Part shown: positions 21,207 through 31,345 of the stretch, in pieces
Position numbering within the stretch: the first letter of the stretch is position 1
Layout: each line of letters opens with the position of its first letter
Assembly (NCBI GenBank): GCA_045593945.1
Contig: JAZNXQ010000256.1
Span: forward strand, 1 to 41,465
Direction: 5' to 3'
Length of the DNA stretch: 41,465 nt
Source: Lachnospiraceae bacterium
Lineage (GTDB): Bacteria > Bacillota > Clostridia > Lachnospirales > Lachnospiraceae
Made by a program: the position numbers and the translations under genes
Notes under the pieces: generated by a model
What the model was told of the DNA's origin: nothing
The model's input: the letters and a program-made list of their open reading frames with translations, nothing else
The model's database searches: none

Positions 21207-22046
21207 ATGATAGCTCTCGGAGAGAAACAGATTTTAGAAGTAGTAAAAGAGACGGATTTCGGAATTTATCTGTCGGACGGCAACGAAGAGGAGAGGGTGC
21301 TTCTTCCTAAGAAACAGGTGCCTGCGGGAATTGAAGCAGGAGACAGAATAGAAGTTTTTATATATCGTGATTCACAGGACAGACTTATTGCCACGACTAA
21401 TGAACCTCTTCTCACATTGGGGATGATTTCTAATCTTAAAGTAAAACAGGTTACGGGTATAGGTGCTTTCCTTGATTGGGGACTTGAGCGAGATTTGCTT
21501 TTGCCGTTTGGAGAACAGACGGTTAAGGTTAAGGAAGGCGATTTTTGTCCGGTAGCTCTCTATATTGATAAAAGCAACAGGCTTTGTGCAACGATGCGTA
21601 TATACGGAAGGCTTTCTGCAGAGTCTCCTTATAAGAAGGATGACAAGGTGCAGGGAGTTGTATACGATATTAAGGAGAATTTGGGAGTGTTTGTTGCGGT
21701 GGACAACCGTTATTTCGGCCTTGTACCTCCGCCCGAGGTTTATAAGAAATTCAATATCGGAGAAGTTGTTGAAGGACGTGTGCTTGAAGTGAGAAATGAC
21801 GGCAAGCTTAATTTAAGTCTCAGACAAAAGGCGTATATGCAGATGGATGATGATGCGGCCCTTCTTCTTAAGGAACTTGAGGGTAACGGAGGAATACTTC
21901 CTTTTAACGATAAGTCAGATCCGGAGCTTATTAAGCAGAAGTTTAACATGAGTAAGAATGCTTTCAAGAGAGCGGTCGGAAGACTTCTTAAGGAAGGCAG
22001 GATTGAATTGGGAGAAAGCAGTATTGTATTAAAGGGTAGGGAATAA
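21207..22046 (+). CDS. S1-domain RNA-binding protein, CvfB/YitL family
   Basis: Tandem S1-like repeats (VLLPKKQVP...IEVFIYRDSQDRLIATT; GLVPP...GRVLEVRNDGKLNLSLR) and a C-terminal winged-helix-like tail (FKRAVGRLLKEGRI). Confidence 0.75.
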   Translation: MIALGEKQILEVVKETDFGIYLSDGNEEERVLLPKKQVPAGIEAGDRIEVFIYRDSQDRLIATTNEPLLTLGMISNLKVKQVTGIGAFLDWGLERDLLLPFGEQTVKVKEGDFCPVALYIDKSNRLCATMRIYGRLSAESPYKKDDKVQGVVYDIKENLGVFVAVDNRYFGLVPPPEVYKKFNIGEVVEGRVLEVRNDGKLNLSLRQKAYMQMDDDAALLLKELEGNGGILPFNDKSDPELIKQKFNMSKNAFKRAVGRLLKEGRIELGESSIVLKGRE

Positions 22047-22048
22047 TA

Positions 22049-23035
22049 TTGAAACAGATTCGTAAAGCTAATTGGTTTTTGTTGTTTGTGATATGTGTTT
22101 TTATAGGAGGGTCTTTTGGGCTTGCATGGCTGTTTAAGAGGGTTGATGTTTCCTATAATCTTAGTGTTATGAGCGGGCAGATTCTGATTGGCTTTTGTTT
22201 GCTTATTTATCTGATAATTACGAAGACGAATCCGCTTAAGGAATTCAGAAGCAGAAGGCTCGGCATTGTAGACATTCTTCTTGTGGTGCTTCTTATGTTT
22301 TTGATGCTTCCCATGGTATATTTTATAAATTATATTTCAATGTTTTTTACGGAAAATACGACGGCAGCAACTATAGGTGGTATGGTGGACAATCCGTATT
22401 TTCTGAATCTGCTTATGCTTGCGGTAACACCGGCTATAGTGGAAGAACTTGTGTGCAGGGGAGTTTTGTTTCATGCTTATAAGAAGAAAAGTCTTTTCTG
22501 GGCAGTTTTATTGACGGCATTTGTTTTTGGGCTTCTCCATATGAATCTAAACCAGATGCTGTATGCAGGTGTTATAGGTATTGCATTTGCGGTTGCGGTT
22601 GAGGCTACCGGAAGTATATATTCATCAATGATTATGCATTTCATAATGAATAGTATATCTGTTACGGCACTCGCTTTTCTAAAGTTTGTGAAGAATTTGG
22701 GGCTTTATCCTGAAGAAATGTTCGAGATGGATATGCAGCAGGTACAGGTGGGTACAGAATTTGCCGTGTCACCTGTGGTAACAGTAGTGCTCGTTTTGGT
22801 TGCGTTTATGGTTGTTGTGGCTTCTACGGCACTTGCGGTCGGTGTGATTATACTTCTTGCCAAGCGCAGCGGCCGAACAGAGAATCTTAAGGCTATGTTT
22901 AAAAAGGGTTCAAGATCAAAGGGACAAAATTTGCAACAGTTGCAGGCACAGTTGGAAGAAACGGAAGAACGGATAATGGATATTCCGTTTAAACTGGCAG
23001 TGGTCATAGCATTGGTAGTAATGATTTGGTTATAA
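22049..23035 (+). CDS. CPBP-family (CAAX-like) intramembrane metalloprotease
   Basis: Polytopic membrane protein with EELVCRG and FGLLH motifs plus HFIMN. TTG start 2 nt after the upstream stop, so the start is uncertain. Confidence 0.7.
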   Translation: MKQIRKANWFLLFVICVFIGGSFGLAWLFKRVDVSYNLSVMSGQILIGFCLLIYLIITKTNPLKEFRSRRLGIVDILLVVLLMFLMLPMVYFINYISMFFTENTTAATIGGMVDNPYFLNLLMLAVTPAIVEELVCRGVLFHAYKKKSLFWAVLLTAFVFGLLHMNLNQMLYAGVIGIAFAVAVEATGSIYSSMIMHFIMNSISVTALAFLKFVKNLGLYPEEMFEMDMQQVQVGTEFAVSPVVTVVLVLVAFMVVVASTALAVGVIILLAKRSGRTENLKAMFKKGSRSKGQNLQQLQAQLEETEERIMDIPFKLAVVIALVVMIWL

Positions 23036-23040
23036 TATAA

Positions 23041-23066
23041 CAGGCGCGGAAAACCGCGCCTGCTTT
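23041..23066. terminator. Shared terminator hairpin between convergent genes
   Basis: caggcgcgg-aaaa-ccgcgcctg GC-rich 9-bp stem with weak T-tracts on both sides. Confidence 0.55.
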
Positions 23067-23080
23067 GCCCTTTATGGGAA

Positions 23081-23266
23081 CTATACAGATATATCAATAT
23101 TCTGTCCGATATGAGGTGTAACGGACTGCTCCATCATTTTGCGGAGACCTTCTGAATTGACCTCCATATCCTCCATTGCCATTTTGCAAAGGGCAAAACT
23201 AACATCTGTTAAGAGGTTGCTTGTGCTCATCGATGTAGATAAAGCAGCAATATCAATTCCTTCCAT
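23081..23266 (-). CDS. YjfB-like putative motility protein (small, 61 aa)
   Basis: IDIAALSTSMS...MAMEDMEVNSEGLRKMMEQSVTPHIGQNIDISV resembles the YjfB family pattern (DIAALSMSMSQ ... GxxLDIxA). Strong RBS AAGGAGG. Confidence 0.65.
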   Translation of the reverse strand: MEGIDIAALSTSMSTSNLLTDVSFALCKMAMEDMEVNSEGLRKMMEQSVTPHIGQNIDISV

Positions 23267-23463
23267 AACAATACCTCCTTACATTAGTTTTCACTTTATA
23301 TATCGGTATATTTTAACAAAAACTTAATGGCATTTATACAAAATAACTAAAACGCAAAAAAAGAATTTGGTTATTTGGCATATGGCTTTTTGGACTTGTT
23401 TAGTGTATCATATCTTTAGCTAATATTATAAGTATTAATTGAACTAATTAGGAGGAAAATGAG

Positions 23464-24576
23464 ATGGCAAGTTTATCACTCAAGAATATTACAAAGGTAT
23501 ATCCTAACGGTTTCGTAGCTGTTAAGGAATTTAATCTTGAAGTAGCTGACAAGGAGTTCATCATCTTTGTAGGACCTTCAGGATGCGGTAAGTCTTCAAC
23601 ACTTCGTATGATCGCTGGTTTGGAAGAGATCAGCTCAGGTGAGCTTTGGATCGGCGACAAGTTAATGAACGACGTTGAGCCTAAGGATAGAGATATCGCG
23701 ATGGTATTCCAGAACTACGCACTTTATCCTCATATGTCAGTTTATGACAACATGGCATTTGGTTTGAAGTTAAGAAAAACTCCCAAGGATCAGATTGACA
23801 AGTTAGTACATGAAGCAGCTAAGATCCTTGATATCGAGCATTTGTTAGATCGTAAGCCGAAGGCTTTGTCAGGTGGTCAGAGACAGCGTGTTGCCATGGG
23901 CCGTGCTATCGTTCGTGATCCTAAGGTATTCCTTATGGATGAGCCGCTTTCAAACTTGGATGCTAAGTTGCGTGTACAGATGCGTATTGAGATTTCTAAG
24001 TTACATCAGAGACTTGAGTCTACGATTATCTACGTAACACATGACCAGACAGAGGCTATGACACTTGGTACAAGAATCGTTGTTATGAAAGACGGTTTAA
24101 TCATGCAGTGTGATTCACCTCAGAACCTTTACGATAAGCCTCAGAACCTTTTCGTAGCACAGTTCATCGGTTCACCTCAGATGAATACAATCGATGCTGA
24201 AGTTGCTCAGGAAGGCTCAGAAGTTACTCTTTCATTCGGTGGCAATTCAATTAAGCTTCCGGAAGCTAAGGCTAAGAAGTTAATCGAAGGCGGTTATGTT
24301 GGTAAGACAGTTGTTCTCGGTATTCGTCCTGAGGATGTTCATGATGATGAGATGTTCATTTCTTCATCACAGGATAGCGTAATCGAAGCTACAATCCGTG
24401 TATACGAGTTACTTGGTGCAGAAGTTTACTTATACTTCGATATCGAGCAGTACAACTGGACAGCTCGTGTTAACCCTCGTACAACAGCAAGACCCGGAGA
24501 TACAATTAAGATGGCTCTTGATTTATCTAAGGTTCATGTTTTCGATAAGGAAACACAGCAGGTTATTACAAACTAG
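23464..24576 (+). CDS. Sugar ABC importer ATPase, MsmK/MsmX/MalK type (orphan)
   Basis: Walker A GPSGCGKSS, LSGGQRQR and FLMDEPLSNLD, plus a C-terminal TOBE-like regulatory domain. No permease or binding-protein genes are adjacent. Confidence 0.9.
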   Translation: MASLSLKNITKVYPNGFVAVKEFNLEVADKEFIIFVGPSGCGKSSTLRMIAGLEEISSGELWIGDKLMNDVEPKDRDIAMVFQNYALYPHMSVYDNMAFGLKLRKTPKDQIDKLVHEAAKILDIEHLLDRKPKALSGGQRQRVAMGRAIVRDPKVFLMDEPLSNLDAKLRVQMRIEISKLHQRLESTIIYVTHDQTEAMTLGTRIVVMKDGLIMQCDSPQNLYDKPQNLFVAQFIGSPQMNTIDAEVAQEGSEVTLSFGGNSIKLPEAKAKKLIEGGYVGKTVVLGIRPEDVHDDEMFISSSQDSVIEATIRVYELLGAEVYLYFDIEQYNWTARVNPRTTARPGDTIKMALDLSKVHVFDKETQQVITN

Positions 24577-24601
24577 TTTGTGAAAATTTTATGAAATTTT
24601 C

Positions 24602-24640
24602 GGGGAAATGCATAATAGTATGTATTTCCCCCTTTTATTT
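24602..24640 (+). terminator. Terminator after the ABC ATPase gene
   Basis: ggggaaatgca / tgtatttcccc stem followed by cttttatttt. Confidence 0.7.
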
Positions 24641-24729
24641 TGTTTGAATTTGGTTTAATATAGTATATAGGATTATTATATCCATTTCTTTATTAAGATA
24701 AAATTATATCAGTAAAAGGGGATAGGCAG

Positions 24730-25818
24730 ATGATTGCAAATCAGATATTACAAAATACAATAGAAGGCCTTAAGGCGATTACAAGAGTTGATTTATGTGT
24801 AATAGATGCGGAAGGTCTTATACTTGCAACAACATTTCAGGGAGTTGAAGAGCATAAGGAAGCGGTAATGGCTTTCGCAGGTTCTGCAGCGGATAGCCAG
24901 GTTATGCAGGGATGCCAGTATTTTAAAGTTTTTGATGAGCGCCAGCTTGAGTATATTTTGCTTGCAAAAGGTACGGCTGAAGATGTTTATATGATTGGTA
25001 AGATGGCAGCTTTTCAGATACATAATCTGCTTATCGCATACAAGGAGAGATTTGATAAGGATAACTTTATCAAGAACCTTTTGCTTGACAACTTACTTCT
25101 TGTTGATATTTATAACAGAGCGAAGAAGCTTCATATTGATACAGATGTAAGACGTGCGGTATTTATCCTTGAGACAAAATATGAGAAAGATAATAATGCG
25201 CTTGAGACAGTTAGAAGTCTTTTTATCGGTAAGAATAAAGATTTCATCACTGCGGTAGACGAGAGGAATATTATTATTGTTAAAGAACTTAAGGCTAATG
25301 AAGGATATGAAGATCTTGAGAAGACTGCACATGTCGTTGTAGATATGCTTAATACAGAGGCTATGACACAGGTATATGCAGCATACGGTACAATTGTTAA
25401 CGATATCAAAGAAGTATCCCGTTCATACAAGGAAGCTAAGATGGCACTTGATGTAGGAAGGATTTTCTACAGTACCAAGACTGTTGTGGCATATAACAAT
25501 CTCGGAATCGGACGACTTATTTACCAGTTACCGTTGCCGCTTTGTAAAATGTTTATTAAAGAGATATTTGACGGTATTTCACCTGATGATTTCGATGAAG
25601 AGACATTGTCAACAATTAATAAATTCTTTGAGAACAGTCTTAATGTTTCTGAGACTTCAAGACAGCTTTACATTCATCGTAATACGCTTGTATACCGTCT
25701 TGACAAGATTCAGAAGACAACAGGTCTGGATCTTAGGGTATTTGAGGATGCAATTACATTCAAGATTGCACTTATGGTTGTTAAATACATGAAGTACATG
25801 GAGAATTTTGAGCACTAA
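24730..25818 (+). CDS. PucR/CdaR-family transcriptional regulator
   Basis: C-terminal PucR-type HTH (NVSETSRQLYIHRNTLVYRLDKIQKTTGLDLR) and an N-terminal putative sensor region. Confidence 0.75.
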   Translation: MIANQILQNTIEGLKAITRVDLCVIDAEGLILATTFQGVEEHKEAVMAFAGSAADSQVMQGCQYFKVFDERQLEYILLAKGTAEDVYMIGKMAAFQIHNLLIAYKERFDKDNFIKNLLLDNLLLVDIYNRAKKLHIDTDVRRAVFILETKYEKDNNALETVRSLFIGKNKDFITAVDERNIIIVKELKANEGYEDLEKTAHVVVDMLNTEAMTQVYAAYGTIVNDIKEVSRSYKEAKMALDVGRIFYSTKTVVAYNNLGIGRLIYQLPLPLCKMFIKEIFDGISPDDFDEETLSTINKFFENSLNVSETSRQLYIHRNTLVYRLDKIQKTTGLDLRVFEDAITFKIALMVVKYMKYMENFEH

Positions 25819-25836
25819 TTCTTTGGAGATATATAA

Positions 25837-26520
25837 ATGATTGTTTTTGAAAATGTAGTAAAAACGTATGAGACCGGAACATCGGCGCTCAACGGAGTAA
25901 GTTTTAAGATTAATAATGGTGAGTTTGTTTTTATTGTGGGTAACAGCGGCTCGGGCAAATCTACAATAATTAAACTGCTTACCAAGGAACTTGATGCGAC
26001 AAGCGGTAAGATTGTTGTCAATAATAAGGTGCTTGGAAGACTCAGAAGAAAGAACATTTCCAAGTATAGAAGAGGAATAGGAATTGTTTTTCAGGATTTC
26101 AGGCTTCTTAAAGACAGGAATGTTTATGAGAATGTTGCATTTGCACAGAGAGTAATCGGCTCACCTATGAGAAAGCTTAAAAGGCAGGTTCCTGCCATGC
26201 TTTCGCTCGTAGGACTTGCTGAGAAGTATAAGTCGAACCCGGCACAATTATCAGGCGGAGAACAGCAGAGAGTTGCTCTTGCAAGAGCACTTGTGAATAA
26301 TCCGTCTATTTTGCTTGCGGACGAGCCTACAGGTAATCTTGATCCGAAGAATTCATGGGAGATTATGAAGCTTTTGGAGGAGATTAACAAAAGAGGTACT
26401 ACCGTAATTGTGGTTACTCATAATAAGGAAATCGTTGACGCCATGAAAAAGCGTGTAATTACGATGCACAAGGGTAATTTGATAGGCGATGAAAGAAGAG
26501 GCGGATACTATGAGGATTAG
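25837..26520 (+). CDS. ftsE: Cell-division ABC ATPase FtsE
   Basis: 227 aa with GNSGSGKST, LSGGEQQRVALARA and LLADEPTGNLD, immediately followed by ftsX. Confidence 0.92.
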   Translation: MIVFENVVKTYETGTSALNGVSFKINNGEFVFIVGNSGSGKSTIIKLLTKELDATSGKIVVNNKVLGRLRRKNISKYRRGIGIVFQDFRLLKDRNVYENVAFAQRVIGSPMRKLKRQVPAMLSLVGLAEKYKSNPAQLSGGEQQRVALARALVNNPSILLADEPTGNLDPKNSWEIMKLLEEINKRGTTVIVVTHNKEIVDAMKKRVITMHKGNLIGDERRGGYYED

Positions 26521-27418
26521 TACATTTTTTTATTGTTTCCGTCAGGGAATAAAGAACCTTTTTAAAAATAAGTTATTTACGCTTGCGTCCATCAGTACAA
26601 TGACTGCGTGTATTTTCCTTTTCGGAATGTTCTATGCGATAGTTGTTAATGTTCAGGCTATGCTTGACAATGCAGAGTCCAATGTCTGTATTACAGTGTT
26701 CTTTGACGAAGGGATGACAGAGGATGAGATAAAGGTACTTGGCGATAAGATAGGTAATTTGGAAGTAGTTGCAAAGATGGAATATACATCTCCTGAAGAA
26801 GCGTGGGAGAAATTTAAGGTAGAATATCTTAAGGGTCATGAGGAACTTGCTGATGCTTTTGCAGACGATAATCCTCTTGCGGACTCAGCTTCTTATACTA
26901 TATATCTTAAAGATGTATCCATGCAGAAGGATTTGGTGAATTATCTTCGTACAACGGAGGGCATTCGCCAGGTAAATGAGTCGGAAGTGCTTGCGGAAAG
27001 TTTTTCCGGTTTTGGAAAGCTTGTGGCGTATGTTTCGGCAGGTATAATTATTATCTTGTTTGCAGTATCGATTTTCCTTATCAGTAATACGGTTACTGTC
27101 GGAATTACGGTCCGCAAGGAAGAGATTTATATTATGAAAATTATAGGAGCGACGGACTTTTTTGTACGTTTCCCTTTTATTGTGGAAGGAATTATAATAG
27201 GACTTCTTGGTGCGGCGATTCCGCTCGGAATTATTTACTATGTTTATAATTATGTGGTGGAGTATGTCGTGGAGACATTTGCGATTTTGTCGGGGATTAT
27301 GGATTTTGTAAGTATTGATGTTATTTATAAATCATTACTTCCTGTAGGTCTGATTCTCGGTATAGGTATCGGTTTCCTCGGAAGTAGTGTTACAGTCAGA
27401 AAGCATATTAAGGTTTAA
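26510..27418 (+). CDS. ftsX: Cell-division permease-like protein FtsX
   Basis: MRISTFFYCFRQGIKNLFKNKLFTLASI start, an extracellular loop domain and three C-terminal TM helices. The ATG at 26510 overlaps the ftsE stop by 11 nt. The track start at 26489 is less likely. Confidence 0.88.
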   Translation: MRISTFFYCFRQGIKNLFKNKLFTLASISTMTACIFLFGMFYAIVVNVQAMLDNAESNVCITVFFDEGMTEDEIKVLGDKIGNLEVVAKMEYTSPEEAWEKFKVEYLKGHEELADAFADDNPLADSASYTIYLKDVSMQKDLVNYLRTTEGIRQVNESEVLAESFSGFGKLVAYVSAGIIIILFAVSIFLISNTVTVGITVRKEEIYIMKIIGATDFFVRFPFIVEGIIIGLLGAAIPLGIIYYVYNYVVEYVVETFAILSGIMDFVSIDVIYKSLLPVGLILGIGIGFLGSSVTVRKHIKV

Positions 27419-27429
27419 GGAGGTAGTCT

Positions 27430-28623
27430 ATGTCCGGTAGAATTAAAAGATGTGTCGCAAGACTTCTTATGGCTATGATGTGTGTTTCTTGCGCACTTCC
27501 TGTATATGCAGCAACAACCAAGGATAAAATTAATAACAAAAAGGACCAGATTGCCAATCTTGAATCGGAGCGTAAGGCACTTGAAGCCAAGATTGCTCAG
27601 CTTAAAAAGGACCAGAAGAATATAATGGCATATATAGAGCTTTTGGATGTTGAACTTAACGGTATATCCGATAAGCTTATCGGGCTTGAAGATGAGAAGG
27701 TAGTTCTCGAAGGAGATATTGCCACGACGGAAGAGAATCTTGCAAGCGCAGAGGATACAGAGGCTAATCAGTATGCATCCATGAAGCTTCGTATTAAGTA
27801 TATGTATGAAAATGGTAACGAGAATTTCCTTGACTTGCTTTTAAGTTCTGATAATATGGAAGATTTCCTGAATAAAGCGGAATATGTTGAGAAGATTGCG
27901 GAGTATGACCGTAATATGCTTGATTTGTATGCCAAGACGAGAGAAGACATTGCAGCTTATAAGGAACAGCTTCTTGATGAAAAGACAGAGCTGGAGCTTC
28001 TTATTGAGCTTACGGAAGCAGAGTATTCCAATATGGAGTTGCTGATTGCTTCGAAAGAAGCGGAACTGAATAAGTACGATGCCAATATTGCTGATAATGA
28101 AGCACTACAGGAAGAACTTGATGCCGAGTGGGACGATATGAACGATGACCTCAAGGCTTTAGAGGAGCAACTCAAAAAAGAGGAAGAAGAAGCTAAGAGG
28201 AAAAAGGTAATATATGACGGAGGGCAGTTTATATGGCCGCTCAAGAATAATTTTAAGGTTACCTCAAAATACGGATACAGAACACATCCCGTAACTGGAA
28301 AGAAATATTCTTTCCATAATGGAATGGATATAGGAGCTTCTTCAGGTACGCCTATTTTGTCTGCATATAAAGGTGTAGTGGCTACAGTTGCTTACACCTC
28401 GCTTGCAGGTAATTATATTATGATTAATCACGGTAGCGGTTTGTATACGGTATATATGCATTGTTCAAAGATTATTGCGAAGCAGGGACAGACTGTTAAA
28501 CAGGGGGATACTATCGCACTTGTTGGTTCTACAGGCAGGTCAACGGCACCGCATTTGCATTTTAGTGTAAGACTTAACGGAGAATATGTAAATCCCGGTC
28601 CGTATATAGGTTATAATAAGTAA
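27430..28623 (+). CDS. Coiled-coil M23 (LytM) peptidoglycan endopeptidase, EnvC/PcsB-like FtsEX partner candidate
   Basis: Signal peptide or anchor, about 230 aa of heptad-rich coiled coil, then an M23 domain with intact HNGMD and HLHF metal ligands. Confidence 0.85.
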   Translation: MSGRIKRCVARLLMAMMCVSCALPVYAATTKDKINNKKDQIANLESERKALEAKIAQLKKDQKNIMAYIELLDVELNGISDKLIGLEDEKVVLEGDIATTEENLASAEDTEANQYASMKLRIKYMYENGNENFLDLLLSSDNMEDFLNKAEYVEKIAEYDRNMLDLYAKTREDIAAYKEQLLDEKTELELLIELTEAEYSNMELLIASKEAELNKYDANIADNEALQEELDAEWDDMNDDLKALEEQLKKEEEEAKRKKVIYDGGQFIWPLKNNFKVTSKYGYRTHPVTGKKYSFHNGMDIGASSGTPILSAYKGVVATVAYTSLAGNYIMINHGSGLYTVYMHCSKIIAKQGQTVKQGDTIALVGSTGRSTAPHLHFSVRLNGEYVNPGPYIGYNK

Positions 28624-28637
28624 TAAAGGAGACAGCA

Positions 28638-29918
28638 ATGGAAGAGAAAAAGGGTTTTGGCAAAGGCCTTTTGATAGGCATTGTCGGAGGAGCCTTAGGT
28701 ATGTTTATTATGGCTGTGGCAGTTATAATAATAAGCATGAATAGTATTGGTAAGAGTATAGGGGACGGAACTCTTTTTATAGAAGGTGCAGAAGGCCCGA
28801 ATGGTGGCGTGATGTATGAGCTTACCGAGACTGAGGATTTTGTAATTTCCAAAATCGGGTATATCATGGCTATGATAGACAGCGAGTTCTATTTTGAATA
28901 TGATAAGGAAAAGGCGTTGGACGGAATATATTACGGAGTACTTGATTCTTTGGGAGATGTCTATTCAACGTATTACAGTAAAGAAGAGTTTGATGACTTG
29001 ATGGAAACAACGCAGGGTGTATATTACGGAATCGGCGTCAAAGTTTCACAGAGTTATGCTACAGGAATTATTACCGTGGCTAAGGTATTTGAAGGAGCAC
29101 CGGCATTTGAGGCGGGAATGCTTCCGGGCGATATTCTTGTGGCAGTTAATGATGAAGATATAAGCGGTATGGATTTGAATATTGTTGTCACGATGATTAA
29201 GAGTGAAGAGGAAGGTTCTACTGTTAAAATTACCGTTCAAAGAGATGGTAAACTTGTTGATATGGATGTAGAGCGCCGTAAGGTAGAATACCCGGCTGTT
29301 GAGTATGAGATGCTTGACAATAATATAGGTTATTTACAACTTGTGGAGTTTGATACGGTATCCGTGAAACAGTTTGAAGCAGCCCTTAAGGATTTGAACT
29401 CACAGGGAATGGAAGGAATAGTATTCGACCTTCGTGATAACCCGGGAGGAACTCTTGATTCGGTTGTGGGAATACTTGATATGATTTTGCCGGAGTGTAC
29501 GATTATTTACACAGAAGACAAGGATGGTAAAGTTGGTGAAAAACATGTGTCTGATGCAGAAACTATTTTAAATGTGCCGGCGGTAGTTCTTGTTAACGGC
29601 AACAGTGCAAGTGCGGCAGAGGTTTTTGCAGGGGATGTACAGGATATGGGTGTTGCAACTCTTGTTGGAACTACGACATTTGGTAAAGGTATTGTTCAGC
29701 AGGTTTATCCCATTGGAGACGGAACAGCGGTTAAGCTTACTCAGTCTAGTTACTTTACAAGTGCGGGACGTAATATTCATGGGGACGGAATCGAACCTGA
29801 TGTCTATGTTGAACTTGATGAGGAGCTTCTTGGTAAGGTTGTTATCGAAAAGGAAGAAGATAACCAGCTTCAGAAGGCTTTGGAAGTTCTTGGAGAGAAG
29901 ATTGAAGCAGCACAGTAG
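28638..29918 (+). CDS. S41 C-terminal processing protease (Ctp) with PDZ domain
   Basis: N-terminal TM anchor, PDZ (GAPAFEAGMLPGDILVAVND), the S41 core RDNPGG, and NGNSASAAEVFAG...TFGKG (Ser/Lys dyad context). Confidence 0.88.
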   Translation: MEEKKGFGKGLLIGIVGGALGMFIMAVAVIIISMNSIGKSIGDGTLFIEGAEGPNGGVMYELTETEDFVISKIGYIMAMIDSEFYFEYDKEKALDGIYYGVLDSLGDVYSTYYSKEEFDDLMETTQGVYYGIGVKVSQSYATGIITVAKVFEGAPAFEAGMLPGDILVAVNDEDISGMDLNIVVTMIKSEEEGSTVKITVQRDGKLVDMDVERRKVEYPAVEYEMLDNNIGYLQLVEFDTVSVKQFEAALKDLNSQGMEGIVFDLRDNPGGTLDSVVGILDMILPECTIIYTEDKDGKVGEKHVSDAETILNVPAVVLVNGNSASAAEVFAGDVQDMGVATLVGTTTFGKGIVQQVYPIGDGTAVKLTQSSYFTSAGRNIHGDGIEPDVYVELDEELLGKVVIEKEEDNQLQKALEVLGEKIEAAQ

Positions 29919-29950
29919 TATAATTACACCGATATACGGAGGATTATGGT

Positions 29951-31345
29951 GTGAAAAAGTTAAGATTCTATTTTGCATTATTTGCAGGAAAAATAATATA
30001 TCTTACAGAGAAGGCGTTGCACAAAAATGCAACGTTTTTTCCGGGTAGTATGGCAGTTAAGCTATGTCCCGATATTTTAAAATATTTTGATAAGCCGAAG
30101 CAGATAATCTGCATAACAGGTACTAACGGCAAGACAACCGTTACCAATATGCTTATAAGCTTTTACGAGAAAAAGGGTTACAGTATCGTGCATAATAGTT
30201 ATGGCTCCAATGTAGCGGGCGGGATTGTAACTTCTTTTTTGAAAGATTCTACTTTTACAGGCAAGTGCAAAAAAGATATAGCGATTCTTGAAGTGGATGA
30301 GAAGAGTAGCAGACTTGTGTTCCCTTATATGGAGCCGGATTGGCTCATTTGTACCAATCTTTTCAGAGATTCCATTAAGCGTAATGCTCATACGGAGTAT
30401 ATCGCGGGGATTTTGGACAAATACATTCCCAAGAAGACAAAACTTGTTGTTAATGCTGATGATTTAATCAGCAGCAGACTTGCAGAGGGTAATGAGCGCT
30501 TGTATTTCGGAATAGAGAAGCAGGAGAGCGAGTCGGGTAAGAACGACAGTCTCATAAGAGATATCAGCATTTGCCCGGAATGTGATACAAAGCTTGAGTT
30601 CGATTTTGTCAGATATCATCATATCGGACAGGCACATTGTCCTAAGTGCGGTTTTGCATCCGCTAAAAGCGATTATACAGTCACAGAAATCAAATACGAT
30701 GAAAATGTTGTTGCCATATCAGAAAAGGGCAGAATCGAGCGATATGAGCTTCTGTCGGGCAATATAGTTAATATATATAACCAGGTTGCCTGTGTGGCAT
30801 TACTTAAAGAGCTTGGTTTCAGCTCGGATGATATTAAGACATATCTTACCAAGGATAGTATTGTAGCATCGCGTTTTTCTGTCGTAGAGGCAGGATGTGT
30901 AAGAATTATGACACAGCTTTCTAAGGGAAAGAATTCCATTGCCTGTTCAAGGGCGCTTGATTTTATTAATCATTTCAATTCAAAGGCCAAGGCAGTTTTT
31001 CTTATGGTTGATGATTTGTATGAGGAAAAAGAAGGTTCCGAGAATACCTGTTGGTTGTATGATGCAGATTTCGAGTATCTTGCGCAGGATGAGGTTAAAC
31101 GTGTAGTTGTTGCAGGTGCGAGACATCTTGACCATAAGCTGAGACTTTTGATGGCGGGTGTACCGGAGGACAGAATCGTATGTGTGCTTGAGGAAAAGGA
31201 CGCGGTTGCGCCGCTTGTAGAAGCAGCAAAAGAACTCGGCGTAGATTCTATGTTTATATTACATGAAGTATTCGGATACCAAAGAGCTAATCAGGTAAGA
31301 GAATGCGTTAAGGAAAGGTTGGTGTCAGAGAATGCTTCGAATTGA
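29951..31345 (+). CDS. murT: Mur-ligase-family MurT (lipid II isoglutaminyl synthase ligase subunit homolog)
   Basis: P-loop ITGTNGKTT, NLFRD, a four-Cys ribbon CPECDTKLEFDFVRYHHIGQAHCPKCGF and a C-terminal WLYDADF (DUF1727-like). GTG start. Overlaps the next gene by 14 nt. Confidence 0.8.
   Translation: MKKLRFYFALFAGKIIYLTEKALHKNATFFPGSMAVKLCPDILKYFDKPKQIICITGTNGKTTVTNMLISFYEKKGYSIVHNSYGSNVAGGIVTSFLKDSTFTGKCKKDIAILEVDEKSSRLVFPYMEPDWLICTNLFRDSIKRNAHTEYIAGILDKYIPKKTKLVVNADDLISSRLAEGNERLYFGIEKQESESGKNDSLIRDISICPECDTKLEFDFVRYHHIGQAHCPKCGFASAKSDYTVTEIKYDENVVAISEKGRIERYELLSGNIVNIYNQVACVALLKELGFSSDDIKTYLTKDSIVASRFSVVEAGCVRIMTQLSKGKNSIACSRALDFINHFNSKAKAVFLMVDDLYEEKEGSENTCWLYDADFEYLAQDEVKRVVVAGARHLDHKLRLLMAGVPEDRIVCVLEEKDAVAPLVEAAKELGVDSMFILHEVFGYQRANQVRECVKERLVSENASN

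Noticed and set aside
27957-28244. 95-aa Ser-rich minus-strand ORF
   Set aside because: Antisense to the Glu/Lys/Leu-rich coiled-coil region of the M23 peptidase gene. It is a codon-complement artefact.
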